A stretch of 64,000 bases of DNA, taken from positions 28,042 through 92,041 of the forward strand of contig JAJYOL010000003.1 of assembly GCA_021796225.1 (NCBI GenBank). The letters are read 5' to 3'. Of this stretch, positions 34,168 to 44,128 are shown one piece after another. The stretch comes from Candidatus Micrarchaeota archaeon (lineage in GTDB: Archaea; Micrarchaeota; Micrarchaeia; Micrarchaeales; CABMGC01). Below the pieces are notes generated by a model. The model was not told where the DNA came from, searched no databases, and saw only the letters and a list, made by a program, of their open reading frames with translations. Numbering within the stretch: the first letter of the stretch is position 1; every line of letters begins with the position of its first letter. The position numbers were made by a program, and so were the translations under genes.

Positions 34168-35292
34168 TCAGTCGCGCAGCATGTAGTCTTCAAGATGCGG
34201 CCTTATTTTTTCCTTCGCTTTTCTATGCGATTCCAGGAATGAGTTTATCGTTTCGGTTAATGCGGCTTTGTGCTCTCCTGCCAGCATCGTGCCGTCGCGC
34301 TCCGCATCGAATATCTTTGCAAGTTTTTTGTCGTCAGGTTCGAAAAGATACTTGTAATACATGCATACGGAGCATTTCTCCGGATTGCCTCCGAGTTCCT
34401 TTTGCAATTCCGCGGTAGGTTGCTGTCCCGTTATCGCCTTGTTTATCTTCTTCTTTATGATTTCCGGCGAATCGTCAAGATATACGGTGTTGTCCGGATC
34501 GCTTGCAGACATCTTCGGCCCCCCTTTAAGCCCGGGAAGGAACTTTGCATGCATTATTGCGGGTTTGTAATACCCCAGTTTCTCTATCGCATTTCTTGCA
34601 ACCCTGAAATGCACATCCTGGTCTACCGCAAGGGGGATCAGGCACGGCACGTTTTTTCCCAGATCCACCGAGCGCATGAAAGCAGGCACGGCCTGCATAC
34701 TCGTATAGAATAACGCACCGACATTTGTCTCCGGAGTAAATCCGAATGCATCTTTGACGATGGAAAACGTTATGTGCTTCGATACTCTTACTGCCTGTTT
34801 GTACAACTTGCCGGAATATTCCGTATTGAAAAATATCTTCGTCTTTTTAGGATCGAATCCAAGTGCCATTATGTTAAGAGCATCTGCATACGCAAGTTCG
34901 TGTATTTTTTCGAGTGTGAGTTTTGGATCCTTCTTTGTGAGGAATTTTTCTTCGTCAGGAATCTGTATGTATACTTCAGCGCCGAACTTTTCCTGCAGCC
35001 ATTGTGTCATGAGAAACGGAACGAGATGACCGATGGTCATTCCGCCGGAAGGCGCTATCCCAGTATAAATATAGAATTTGTTTCCTTTTTCATACTGGTC
35101 GAGAAGCCAATTCATGTCGCGGTGTGCAAAAAAGATTTTTCTCCGTATTAGGAAATGTACTTCCCCTGCAATTTTTTTGATTCTTTTTTCCAGCGCTTCG
35201 TCTATTGGAGTTATGCCGAACTTTTCCACCAAACGGTTGTAATCCACGCTACCGGTAACGTCGTATGGAGTCACGCTGAATTTATCGGCCAT
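34168..35292 (-). CDS. trpS: Tryptophan--tRNA ligase (archaeal/eukaryotic type)
   Basis: VTPYDVTGSVDYNRLVEKFG, PSGGMTIGHLVP (HIGH-like) and KMSAS motifs. Confidence 0.85.
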   Translation of the reverse strand: MADKFSVTPYDVTGSVDYNRLVEKFGITPIDEALEKRIKKIAGEVHFLIRRKIFFAHRDMNWLLDQYEKGNKFYIYTGIAPSGGMTIGHLVPFLMTQWLQEKFGAEVYIQIPDEEKFLTKKDPKLTLEKIHELAYADALNIMALGFDPKKTKIFFNTEYSGKLYKQAVRVSKHITFSIVKDAFGFTPETNVGALFYTSMQAVPAFMRSVDLGKNVPCLIPLAVDQDVHFRVARNAIEKLGYYKPAIMHAKFLPGLKGGPKMSASDPDNTVYLDDSPEIIKKKINKAITGQQPTAELQKELGGNPEKCSVCMYYKYLFEPDDKKLAKIFDAERDGTMLAGEHKAALTETINSFLESHRKAKEKIRPHLEDYMLRD

Positions 35293-35436
35293 TTTATCAT
35301 CGATTTGGCGAAAACATGCAGTATTTGTCAGCCGCTGTGCAGTTTTCGCACATCCTAGTATAAGGCAAGTAAGGTTTTATAATTAGCATTAAGTGTTCCT
35401 GCAAAGGTGTTTTCCGATTATTGTGATAATAAACAT

Positions 35437-36216
35437 TCAACGATCGGCTGAAACAACATCGACGAGGGACGGATTATTAAGAAATTCGAACTTATCGGGC
35501 ATTTCGATAAATGCATCGTATATGCTCTTATACGAATCAAGAAATGGCAGTCTTGCAGGTTTTGCATCATGCGTTATTGTTGCCTTTTCATAATTTTTAT
35601 TGAGAAGAACAGATCCGTCGTTGAGCAGATAAACTGCACCGCCGCGTTTTGCCTCTATTGGCTTGTAATCCGAACTGAAAACGCTGTTGACAAGATTTGC
35701 CATTATCAGATCCTCCGTCCCGCTGTTTATGGTTATGTGCCCGTAATCGGGAAGCACGAGCACGCGGTCTCCGTCTGAAGCGTTAAAGAGCAATACGTCT
35801 ATCCCGCCATCCGGAAGCATCTTCTGCATGAGTATTATTGCCTTGCCACGAATGACTTCGTATAATTCAGGATATGACGGACCTTGAGGGGCAGGCGGAT
35901 GATAATGGCCGAGTGTCTTGTTCAATTCGCGCCCTATCCCCATGCTCGGGATTACAGTAACGTCATAACGCATCGTATGGCTGTCGAAAAGCCCCTGGTT
36001 TTTGAATACCCCGGCAGCACGATACATGAAATACGTGTCCTTGTTTCCGTTGTCGGACGCGGCTTCCGCATCCAAAAGTACAGGGACCATCTGCGACAAT
36101 TTCCTTGTCGTATATTCAACGTTCTTTCCTTCGGCAATAAGCTTCCTTCCGTCAAAATTCAATTCGATATGTTTTACGCCAAGCGAATCCATGTCAATAC
36201 CATTTGTTTTTTTCAT
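35437..36216 (-). CDS. Cupin-type glucose-6-phosphate isomerase-like protein
   Basis: TLGHYHPP...YPELYEVIRGKAIILMQ...VLPDYGHITINSG resembles the cPGI metal-binding cupin motifs (TxGHxH...E...H). Confidence 0.6.
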   Translation of the reverse strand: MKKTNGIDMDSLGVKHIELNFDGRKLIAEGKNVEYTTRKLSQMVPVLLDAEAASDNGNKDTYFMYRAAGVFKNQGLFDSHTMRYDVTVIPSMGIGRELNKTLGHYHPPAPQGPSYPELYEVIRGKAIILMQKMLPDGGIDVLLFNASDGDRVLVLPDYGHITINSGTEDLIMANLVNSVFSSDYKPIEAKRGGAVYLLNDGSVLLNKNYEKATITHDAKPARLPFLDSYKSIYDAFIEMPDKFEFLNNPSLVDVVSADR

Positions 36217-36223
36217 TCGGTGT

Positions 36224-36793
36224 TTATACCTGTTTGTATCTGAAGCAAGACACCAGATGGTCGTTGACCATTCCGGTAGCCTGCATGTGTGAATAGCATA
36301 TCGTTGAGCCTACGAATTTGAAGCCTTTGGAAATCAGGTCTTCGCTCATCGAATCAGATAGTTTTGTTTTGGCCGGAAGTTGTGCCAATGATGTCCATCT
36401 GTTTTTTATCGGACGCCCGTTCACGAATTTCCATATGTAAGAATCGAAACTGCCGAATTCTTTTTGGATGTTGAGAAATGCCTTTGCATTGGATATAGCC
36501 GCATTTATTTTAAGTCTGTTGCGTATTATACCGCTGTCTTTCATAAGCCGTTCTACGTCCTTGCCGTTGTATCTTGCAACTGCATGGGGATTGAAATTGG
36601 AAAACGCCTTTCTGAAATTTTCCCTCTTCCGAAGGATTGTGAACCAGCTCAGTCCGGCCTGCATGCCCTCAAGCACGAGAAATTCGAACAGTTTTTTATC
36701 GTCGTGTAGTGGCACTCCCCATTCCTTATCGTGGTATTTTATGTAAAGGGGATCGCTGGCAGACCATCCGCAACGTTTGATTTTTTCAGGCAT
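36224..36793 (-). CDS. tag: DNA-3-methyladenine glycosylase I (Tag)
   Basis: RCGWSASDPLYIKYHDKEWGVPLHDDKKLFEFLVLEGMQAGLSWFTILRKRENFRKAF. The ATG at 36793 is preferred over the upstream track start. Confidence 0.85.
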   Translation of the reverse strand: MPEKIKRCGWSASDPLYIKYHDKEWGVPLHDDKKLFEFLVLEGMQAGLSWFTILRKRENFRKAFSNFNPHAVARYNGKDVERLMKDSGIIRNRLKINAAISNAKAFLNIQKEFGSFDSYIWKFVNGRPIKNRWTSLAQLPAKTKLSDSMSEDLISKGFKFVGSTICYSHMQATGMVNDHLVSCFRYKQV

Positions 36794-36845
36794 GAAATCA
36801 ATATGCCACGCATGCTCTATAAAGGATAGGGAAGATTTGCAACCA

Positions 36846-38039
36846 TTACGTTCTTTTCTGCGAAGGGAGTAAAGGCAGCATGAAGGAAGAAACAACGGAG
36901 AATATTGACATGAACCACATTGCATCGCCCAAGCTCATGTATAAAAGAAGAACGCTCATCAAGCCTATTCCGGCAGCGCCGCCGAGCGTGTTTCCCACCC
37001 CCCACACCAGCGCGTTCGATGTAGTTGAATGTTCCTTCGGTATCATTTGCCCTATATATCCGAGGAGCACAGGGAAACCGCTGAATGCAAAGAAAACGAA
37101 TATGCTGTAAGTCAGCAGGCATAGAAGGACATTTGCTCCGGATAACATGAATAGTATAAACGCAACGGTAGCGAAAACGGTTGCTATGATAGTCGTATAA
37201 CGCCCGCCTTTTTTGGCAGTCATGAGCCCGAATATCGGCTGTCCGACTACCGCAGTTGAGAAGCTTATCGTAAGAAGAATACCCATTATCGCCTTAGATC
37301 CGAAAACTTTGTCAAGATACATAGGCGTGTAATTGAAAGTCCCGGAAAGAAACATCGAGCGTATGAATATTATAATGACGAGTATGGCAAGGAATTTTTT
37401 GTAATCTTTCAGGTGTGAAACTTTTTTTACCGGTTTCATTTTTGCCATTGCGCTGGTATGATTTCTGCTGAATCCGTAAAGCCCGATATATATTGCAATC
37501 GCTGCTGCAATAAGATAAATCGCAACTATGCCGAGACCGTCTACTGCCCCAAAATATCCTATCAACGCAACTATGGCTATTGGCATGACCGAACGGCCTA
37601 CGCTCCCCATCGAACCGTTTATCCCCATCATTACTGGGGCTTTTTTGTTTCCGTATGCATAGGACAGAATCGATGCGCCTATCGGATGATAGAAGGATTG
37701 TCCTACCCCGAGAAGCACGGCACCAATTAATGCGAAAAGATAAAGCTGCGAAGGATATACGAATGCGACGGCAAAAACAGGCACGGCGATTGCGTTCAAT
37801 GCAATTCCTATCGCAAGCAGTTTCGAATCGGAATCTATTTTATCGGCATGCATGCCTATTGGCGTGCTGAGCAATCCGGACAAAACGTTCGTTATAACGG
37901 CTATTGAACCAAGCAACGCGATATTGACGTGGGGAAATGATGCAAAATATGCAAGCAATACAGGAAAGAGAAGAAAGTTCCCGTCATTGGAAAAATGTCC
38001 GAGTGATGAGAAGATGAGTGCCTTAAGCTTGTAATTCAT
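36846..38039 (-). CDS. MFS-type transporter
   Basis: 397 aa with about 12 TM helices and a central cytoplasmic loop. Confidence 0.7.
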   Translation of the reverse strand: MNYKLKALIFSSLGHFSNDGNFLLFPVLLAYFASFPHVNIALLGSIAVITNVLSGLLSTPIGMHADKIDSDSKLLAIGIALNAIAVPVFAVAFVYPSQLYLFALIGAVLLGVGQSFYHPIGASILSYAYGNKKAPVMMGINGSMGSVGRSVMPIAIVALIGYFGAVDGLGIVAIYLIAAAIAIYIGLYGFSRNHTSAMAKMKPVKKVSHLKDYKKFLAILVIIIFIRSMFLSGTFNYTPMYLDKVFGSKAIMGILLTISFSTAVVGQPIFGLMTAKKGGRYTTIIATVFATVAFILFMLSGANVLLCLLTYSIFVFFAFSGFPVLLGYIGQMIPKEHSTTSNALVWGVGNTLGGAAGIGLMSVLLLYMSLGDAMWFMSIFSVVSSFMLPLLPSQKRT

Positions 38040-38138
38040 TGTAAGACCTTGCAGCCTTGCTACAGGTTAATTTTTGCAGTAGAAGGATGTGAAACAGGTA
38101 TGTTATCGACAAGCAGATATAAATATGCCATTACGCGT

Positions 38139-39035
38139 TCAGAAGTCGGGAATAGGGAGTTCCTTCCCGCGCTTGATGGTTTCTATAAGCTCATACAAAT
38201 CGCGAAGATCGGCATCGGGAGCCGTTTTAGCTATTGAAATCAATGAACTTTCCGCACGGCGCGCCAATTCGCGAAGTTCTTCTACGGTAACCTTTTCCGT
38301 TAATATTCCCCCATGAAGTGATGTGTTCGAAGCGGGAATCGCATATCCTATGCCATATTCTCCGGCCTGCCATGCCCGTGCATCTAACTGTATTGTTCCA
38401 TCATTGACACCGACTATCATCGGTTTCACGCCGGGCCCTTCGACACGCAGAAGTTGGGCTATTGGATCATGTTGCTGTGCGAGCTTCCTGTGCCCTTTTC
38501 TTGAATCAGGGACGGGTATGCCGGTACTCCAATCAATATCGCCGTACTGCCCGGATCGCTGCGGGAATGAAGTAACTACAGTAGCAGTTTCTGGATCTGC
38601 AACGACTATTACCCGATGTGCAGTTATTTCGACGTGCTGCGGCTTTACTATTATAGCTATGCCTTTTCTGCCTATCGCATCCTGCGGTATTGAAGAATAT
38701 GGTAGCACCCATGGTTTATCCGCAGAACCGTCTACAACGTCAGCGCCTTTTTCCAATTGCCTGTCTCTTGCAGGATATACAAGCACTTCGCTTGACCATG
38801 CGGGATACAGCGCCTTTGACAGCACTCTTCGTTCCTGCTCTCGCCAGTTATCGCTGCCCAGCACCAGATTCAGCAGGGAAAATTCGAGAAGCCGCAAGGA
38901 AGGCAATCCGCCTTTTATCGCGGTGCGTTCACGTGCTTCGAGCCAGCCCGCTTTCGTGCCGGTAGATATCAGTACCTGATTGTTGCGAAATGAAGGAGAA
39001 ACAGTTTTTTGCATGTAATCGAATTTACTTTTCAC
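38139..39035 (-). CDS. Hypothetical soluble protein (orphan)
   Basis: 298-aa ORF with balanced composition. The antisense 218-aa ORF is C/S/T-rich and looks spurious. No motif recognised. Confidence 0.5.
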   Translation of the reverse strand: MKSKFDYMQKTVSPSFRNNQVLISTGTKAGWLEARERTAIKGGLPSLRLLEFSLLNLVLGSDNWREQERRVLSKALYPAWSSEVLVYPARDRQLEKGADVVDGSADKPWVLPYSSIPQDAIGRKGIAIIVKPQHVEITAHRVIVVADPETATVVTSFPQRSGQYGDIDWSTGIPVPDSRKGHRKLAQQHDPIAQLLRVEGPGVKPMIVGVNDGTIQLDARAWQAGEYGIGYAIPASNTSLHGGILTEKVTVEELRELARRAESSLISIAKTAPDADLRDLYELIETIKRGKELPIPDF

Positions 39036-39121
39036 GCCGTATTATTAAAGTTTGTCTTGACTATCGATTTGCGTCGTTTCAGTGCTAAGGTCGTTTTGAA
39101 CCGGTCAGATTGACGTCGGCC

Positions 39122-40303
39122 TTAAAACGGCTCGTCGTGTTTTATGAATTCTTTGCCATAGTAAAGGACTACGGCCGCGGCAATTATTGCAACGATTCCT
39201 GCATATGTATAGGAATAGAACGGATCAACGACATACAACAGACCCATTATCAAATTTGCTGAGAATATGCCAATGCTTCTCGATGCGGTAAGAGAACCCA
39301 TCCCTTTGCCCACGTGCTTGGCGCTCTTCATGAATGAAATAAGGGTCGGTTCGAGCGTTTCTATAACCCCCAAGGAGAATCCTAAAATCCCTACCCCCAG
39401 ATACAACGCAGGATAACCAAAATGAAGCAGGTATGCAACGCCTATGAATATGGTGCCCATGCCGGACAATAAGTACCCTATTATTCCAAGTGATTTGATC
39501 CTATTCAACTTCTTAGATCCGATATAATACCCAGTAAATGCGGATACCAACAAGTATACCCCGTATGACGCCATGCCCAGAAAACTGCCGGCCTTCTGTT
39601 CTATGGTCAATATTGGAAAGCCTAAGCTGTAGCTGCTGAACCCATAAAGTGCGGTTGCAAGTATCACGCCCTTGTATGCGCTGTTGTTTATTTTACTGTT
39701 TTTCTTTATCTGTTTTTCAGAAGCGGGTATTTTTGCAACTTTGGGCTTGCTATCATTGCTGATCACCAGGAGCGTGGTAGATATCAGCAACGGTATTGAT
39801 GTTAACAGGAGGATTTTTTGCAGTGATATGCCACCGGTGAAAAGTGCAAGAAGCAAAACCACGGAAACAAATCCCCCTCCGATGTCGAGCATATGTAGAA
39901 ACCCGAATACTTTTCCGCGGTACTCCGCGGAAGAGGAATTGACAATCATGACTCTTCTGGGCGGGGAACGGAAATTTCTTGCCCACCAGCCTCCAGAGAA
40001 TAGGATTATCGCTGTTATCGGGCTGGACGCAAGGCCGACGAGAGAAATTAACGGTATAAGCAGGTTGCCCGCCACTGCGACCCATTTGTTACTAACCTTG
40101 TCACCGGCAAGACCGCCGACATAACCGAAGAATGCGCCTATGCCAAATGCCATGGCGCTGGCAAGTCCATATTCATATGAAGGTGCCTTAAGCATTACGA
40201 CAAGGAATATTGGAAATATGGCTATGGCGGCCTGATAGCCGAGATCCGCAAAGAACGCGGAAAACGAAAGCAACAATACGTTTCGGTTAAGCCATTCGCT
40301 CAT
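39122..40303 (-). CDS. MFS-type transporter
   Basis: 393 aa with about 12 TM helices. Confidence 0.7.
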   Translation of the reverse strand: MSEWLNRNVLLLSFSAFFADLGYQAAIAIFPIFLVVMLKAPSYEYGLASAMAFGIGAFFGYVGGLAGDKVSNKWVAVAGNLLIPLISLVGLASSPITAIILFSGGWWARNFRSPPRRVMIVNSSSAEYRGKVFGFLHMLDIGGGFVSVVLLLALFTGGISLQKILLLTSIPLLISTTLLVISNDSKPKVAKIPASEKQIKKNSKINNSAYKGVILATALYGFSSYSLGFPILTIEQKAGSFLGMASYGVYLLVSAFTGYYIGSKKLNRIKSLGIIGYLLSGMGTIFIGVAYLLHFGYPALYLGVGILGFSLGVIETLEPTLISFMKSAKHVGKGMGSLTASRSIGIFSANLIMGLLYVVDPFYSYTYAGIVAIIAAAVVLYYGKEFIKHDEPF

Positions 40304-40442
40304 GAAATCACTTTTACTGCGGCACGCGACAGATAGATTCTGTCTTGTGAGTTATAAGCTGAAAACATTTTAACGGTTTTGGAAAACAAACCTTTCGAGG
40401 AATATTATTAAATATGCTGTTCCCATCTGAAGCGTGGGTTAA

Positions 40443-41063
40443 ATGATAGGGATAGACCAGATAAAACAGACAATAAACATAATGTTGCATCCGAAAAGCG
40501 CTACAGCTACGCCGAAAGGAGTTAAGGAAAACTTTGTCTGGTATTACAAGCTTGCTGTTGTGCCTTTAATCATATCGATTTTAATAAGCGTCATACTTTT
40601 CGGAATAGTGGGATCCGTTTCATCACTGTTCGGCTTGAACAACCTCTTGCCTGGAGTGGGCTTCACGGCGGCAATTGTTGTGTTGGTAGTGATTCTCTAT
40701 TTCTTAATTTTTATCCCTGCAGGATTTTTAATAGGAGCTGCAATACTCCACTTCTTTGGCAAGCACGTATTCAGGAAATTTAAAGAGGATTATGCGCATA
40801 CGCTCACCGCGATAGTCTATGAAAGTGCGCCAGCAGTCATGCTATTCTGGCTATATTTGATTCCTGTTGTAGGGGAAATACTGATGTTTATTGTAGGGAT
40901 ATGGAACCTTGTGATATACTTCTATGCATTGTCCAATCAACAAAAGATAAGCAAACTTGCCGTGTTGGGAATTACAATTGGGGTATGGCTGATAGGACTT
41001 CTGCTTGTGTTTGTAATAGTTATGCTTTTTGCGGCAGGCTCCGCCCTTGCATTCCCTAGATAA
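40443..41063 (+). CDS. Yip1/DUF1282-like 5-TM membrane protein
   Basis: Soluble N-terminal ~35 aa followed by five hydrophobic helices. The family assignment is tentative. Confidence 0.45.
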   Translation: MIGIDQIKQTINIMLHPKSATATPKGVKENFVWYYKLAVVPLIISILISVILFGIVGSVSSLFGLNNLLPGVGFTAAIVVLVVILYFLIFIPAGFLIGAAILHFFGKHVFRKFKEDYAHTLTAIVYESAPAVMLFWLYLIPVVGEILMFIVGIWNLVIYFYALSNQQKISKLAVLGITIGVWLIGLLLVFVIVMLFAAGSALAFPR

Positions 41064-41127
41064 TGGTAAAGCACTATTTGAAATTTTCTGGCAGGTAACA
41101 AAATAACGATAATTTTTGTTATTTGGT

Positions 41128-42006
41128 ATGAAAAATATGCGTTTAAATAGGATGGACGGCGCTATTTTTTCAGATAATATGGAAAAACTAATAGCGCTAA
41201 ATGGAAATTCGAAGGGAGGAGTCAGAAATAACGTGTATAAGGAATGCCAAAGTAGGTGGAGATCGATGAAGGATTTCGTCAGTGCGGATCCCGCATACAA
41301 AGGATACGATCCGGTAACTTCGACGCTTGTAGAACACAGGAAGAACATAGCTCTCGCAGTTGAAAACATTCTGGAACATCCGAACAGTGCGGAAGCATAT
41401 ATCAAACTGGGCGAATTGTCGGCAAGGCAGGGCAACGTATTGGACGTCTCGGATCCGTTTAGCCAGACAAACTGTCTCATTGCAGCGTTGGAATGCGAAC
41501 CCAACAGTGAAACGATACATAAGAAGCTTGGCAGCACATTGCTCAACGCGGCAAGAGAAGGATCCGGCGAGGCAAGAGTCGCATTTTACAATACCAAACT
41601 CGAAACTGTAATAGAATATATGAACAGGGCCGACGTTTCGGCAAGGCTCGATTTTATAGACAAGGAAATTACTGTTCTAGAAAAGATGAAATCTTTAAAC
41701 GAACCGTTGGACATAATGGACATGGATGATTTATGCGGGAGACCGCGTGATTTGGTATACAGGGTACTAATCCCGTATCTTGAACTAAATAACTATATGA
41801 CAGGCGTGCCAAGAGAAGGGTATGTTCGCAGCGTCAAGTACAATATAACTGAGGGAGGAATAAACAGAATATCGCAGGCCGTAGAAGAAAGAGGAGTCTT
41901 GAAAAACCTGTTGGAAGGAAAAGGATTTGGAAGAAACAATCCCGTAGTACATGCTTTCATAGAGAGTCAGAGACAAAACGACTTTAATGACGTAAAAAGG
42001 GAGTAA
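41128..42006 (+). CDS. Hypothetical protein (possible TPR-like helical repeats)
   Basis: ORF of about 292 aa. AEAYIKLGELSARQGNVLD is TPR-like. No catalytic motif recognised. Confidence 0.45.
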   Translation: MKNMRLNRMDGAIFSDNMEKLIALNGNSKGGVRNNVYKECQSRWRSMKDFVSADPAYKGYDPVTSTLVEHRKNIALAVENILEHPNSAEAYIKLGELSARQGNVLDVSDPFSQTNCLIAALECEPNSETIHKKLGSTLLNAAREGSGEARVAFYNTKLETVIEYMNRADVSARLDFIDKEITVLEKMKSLNEPLDIMDMDDLCGRPRDLVYRVLIPYLELNNYMTGVPREGYVRSVKYNITEGGINRISQAVEERGVLKNLLEGKGFGRNNPVVHAFIESQRQNDFNDVKRE

Positions 42007-42018
42007 TTGCAATCGCCA

Positions 42019-42089
42019 TGGAGGTACAGGGAATCGAACCCAGGCTTGCAGAATGTCAATCTGCCGTCCTACCATTAGACTATACCTCC
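42019..42089 (-). tRNA. tRNA-Val (anticodon GAC), no intron
   Basis: The minus strand reads GGAGGTA-TA-GTCT-AATGGTA-GGAC-G-GCAGA-TTGACAT-TCTGC-AAGC-CTGGG-TTCGATT-CCCTG-TACCTCC-A. There is one U-U mismatch in the T stem. Confidence 0.85.
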
Positions 42090-42112
42090 GTGATTAGGAT
42101 TTGTCACTTAAG

Positions 42113-43003
42113 CTAAATAAATATATCCTCTCCGTCATTGGCCACACGGGCCCCTTTGAATACCTTCCCGGCTTCTTCTTCGAGAAGCTTGGGATCGGTG
42201 TATCTTGCACTTATGTGCATCAGAATCAATCGTTTAGCCCCTGCCTTGTGTGCTACTCCGGCTGCGCCTTTTGCAGTGGAATGGCCGCGTTCTTTAGCGA
42301 GTTTTAACTCGGTTTCCGCGTAAGTTGCTTCGTGAATCAGCAGGTCCGCCTTCTTTGCTGCTGAAACCGTGCGCGTGCATGGAAGCGTGTCGGACGCATA
42401 CACCACGCGTTCGCCTATTTTCGGTTCGGTTACACTTGAAAGCCTGACCGTCTTCTTGCCGAGTCTGATACTGCCTTTCTTCTGCAGTATGGAAAACATC
42501 TCGCCTTCTAGGCCGAGTTTTTTGCATTTTTCTACGATGAATCTGCGCCTGTCGTTTATTTTGAATACGTAACCGAGAGAAGGTATTGTATGCATAAGTT
42601 TGAATGAGGAAATTGAGAAGTCTTTCCCCTTGTACTGCGTGCCGGCACCTATCCCTTTTACGATTATTTCGTAATCTATCGCGGCTTTGTCGAAATAGAC
42701 GAGCTTGCTTACGGATTTCTCGTCGCCTTTTGGAACGAATATGTAGAGTGGGTCCTTGCGCCCGTTGAGTGCCATTGTGCGCACCAGACCAGCTATGCCT
42801 ATAACGTGATCCCCATGAAGGTGGCTCAGGAATATTGCCTTTATTTTAGAAGAATTGACGCCGTATTTCAATATCTGCATCTGCGTGCCTTCCCCGCAAT
42901 CGAAGAGAAACACGTTTCCGTCATAAGACAATGCAACGCTCGTGAGGCCTCTTGTCTTCGTTGGAGAAGCACCGGACGTGCCAAGCACTGTAATTCGTAT
43001 CAT
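42113..43003 (-). CDS. rnz: Ribonuclease Z (tRNA 3' endonuclease)
   Basis: ITVLGTSGASP...FLFDCGEGTQ...IFLSHLHGDHVIGIAGL metallo-beta-lactamase motifs. Confidence 0.9.
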   Translation of the reverse strand: MIRITVLGTSGASPTKTRGLTSVALSYDGNVFLFDCGEGTQMQILKYGVNSSKIKAIFLSHLHGDHVIGIAGLVRTMALNGRKDPLYIFVPKGDEKSVSKLVYFDKAAIDYEIIVKGIGAGTQYKGKDFSISSFKLMHTIPSLGYVFKINDRRRFIVEKCKKLGLEGEMFSILQKKGSIRLGKKTVRLSSVTEPKIGERVVYASDTLPCTRTVSAAKKADLLIHEATYAETELKLAKERGHSTAKGAAGVAHKAGAKRLILMHISARYTDPKLLEEEAGKVFKGARVANDGEDIFI

Positions 43004-43007
43004 GACA

Positions 43008-44117
43008 TCACAATTCTACTGTTACGCTCTTATTCTTTAGGTCTATTTCTTTTATTAAAATCGATGGGAACATCTCGCTTGCTTCTGCAACTGTTGCACG
43101 GCGGTTTTCCCTAAGATAGGAGATCAGTGCGTTAAGCTCATTCATTCTTGAGAATATCTTGTTTGCATAGACTTTGCTGTTCTCCGATTCTTCCTTCATC
43201 GCAGACACCAACTCTTCCTGTTTTGCTATGCTGGCTTCCATCTCCGCTTTCTTTCGCGCTGTTGACGAATCGTCTACTTTCAATCTTCCTTCTGAAACTG
43301 CACGATCCATCATCAGACCCATAGAATCGAATTCTGTCGATTCGCTTGCTTCGTATTTTTTAAGAGGTATTGCGGAGTAATCAAGAAGCTTGTTTTCCTC
43401 CCCATACAGTCTTGGAGATGGCGACTTCAAAGATTTCGACAGGTTTATGAGTTCTGTTGAGAGCTTCTCGGCATGCGATGCATCAATCACGGATTCTTTA
43501 GGATCCATCCCCGCCCGGAGAAACGCGTCTTCCAGATATATCGGGCCTGCGCTGATTTTTTTTGAAAGCTCGGCCATCGGTTTTTTTGCGCCGATTATGT
43601 TGACTGCGGCAGACCTCAATTCTTCCCCATTCATCGACCATATGCCCGGAGCAGCGTCTTCAGGATAGGAATATTTCTTGTGCGGCTGGACCACTCTGTC
43701 CTTGAAAGAAACCGAAGCGTAGCACAATTCCGTTATGCCATCGGCATTAAGCAAAACCATATTCCCCTTGCCGAACATTTCTATGATAAGGGAATAAATA
43801 ACGCCGTGCGAACTTATTTTCAATATTATTATGCGGTCGCCACCGCGCTGCGATATCTCCTGGACCTTTGCGTTCTCTATGCGCTTCCTTACGCCCATTG
43901 CAAACTGGGTAGGTGCACCGGCATTTTCTGCAAACGACGTTTCATTGAACGATTCGAGAAGCTTGCAGTAAACGGAAGTGTTTTTACCGTCTTTGTAAAA
44001 AGTAATGCGGAATGCCCCTTCTCCGACCTGATAGAATTTTCTTATGAACGAACCGTTTATCTTTTCGGACAATTCCGAAATAAGCAGGTGAATTTCAGCA
44101 GCATTGAGCCCGTGCAA
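43008..44117 (-). CDS. NFACT-N (FbpA/Rqc2-like N-terminal) domain protein, short form without a recognisable NFACT-R/DUF814
   Basis: The N-terminus LNAAEIHLLISELSEKINGSFIRKFYQ...FRITFYK resembles NFACT-N. The C-terminal ~90 aa look like a coiled coil. Confidence 0.55.
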   Translation of the reverse strand: MHGLNAAEIHLLISELSEKINGSFIRKFYQVGEGAFRITFYKDGKNTSVYCKLLESFNETSFAENAGAPTQFAMGVRKRIENAKVQEISQRGGDRIIILKISSHGVIYSLIIEMFGKGNMVLLNADGITELCYASVSFKDRVVQPHKKYSYPEDAAPGIWSMNGEELRSAAVNIIGAKKPMAELSKKISAGPIYLEDAFLRAGMDPKESVIDASHAEKLSTELINLSKSLKSPSPRLYGEENKLLDYSAIPLKKYEASESTEFDSMGLMMDRAVSEGRLKVDDSSTARKKAEMEASIAKQEELVSAMKEESENSKVYANKIFSRMNELNALISYLRENRRATVAEASEMFPSILIKEIDLKNKSVTVEL

Positions 44118-44128
44118 CTACACCACCG

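Noticed and set aside
38323-38979. 218-aa plus-strand ORF opposite the orphan 298-aa gene.
   Set aside because: It is very rich in C, S and T (for example SCCCASFLCPF) with no start context. The minus-strand frame has normal protein composition, so I kept that one.
40851-41546. 231-aa minus-strand ORF bridging the Yip1-like gene and the orphan at 41128.
   Set aside because: It crosses an intergenic gap, has a low-complexity S/F/L/C-rich sequence and no start context. The plus-strand genes have better composition, though the orphan itself is only moderately supported.
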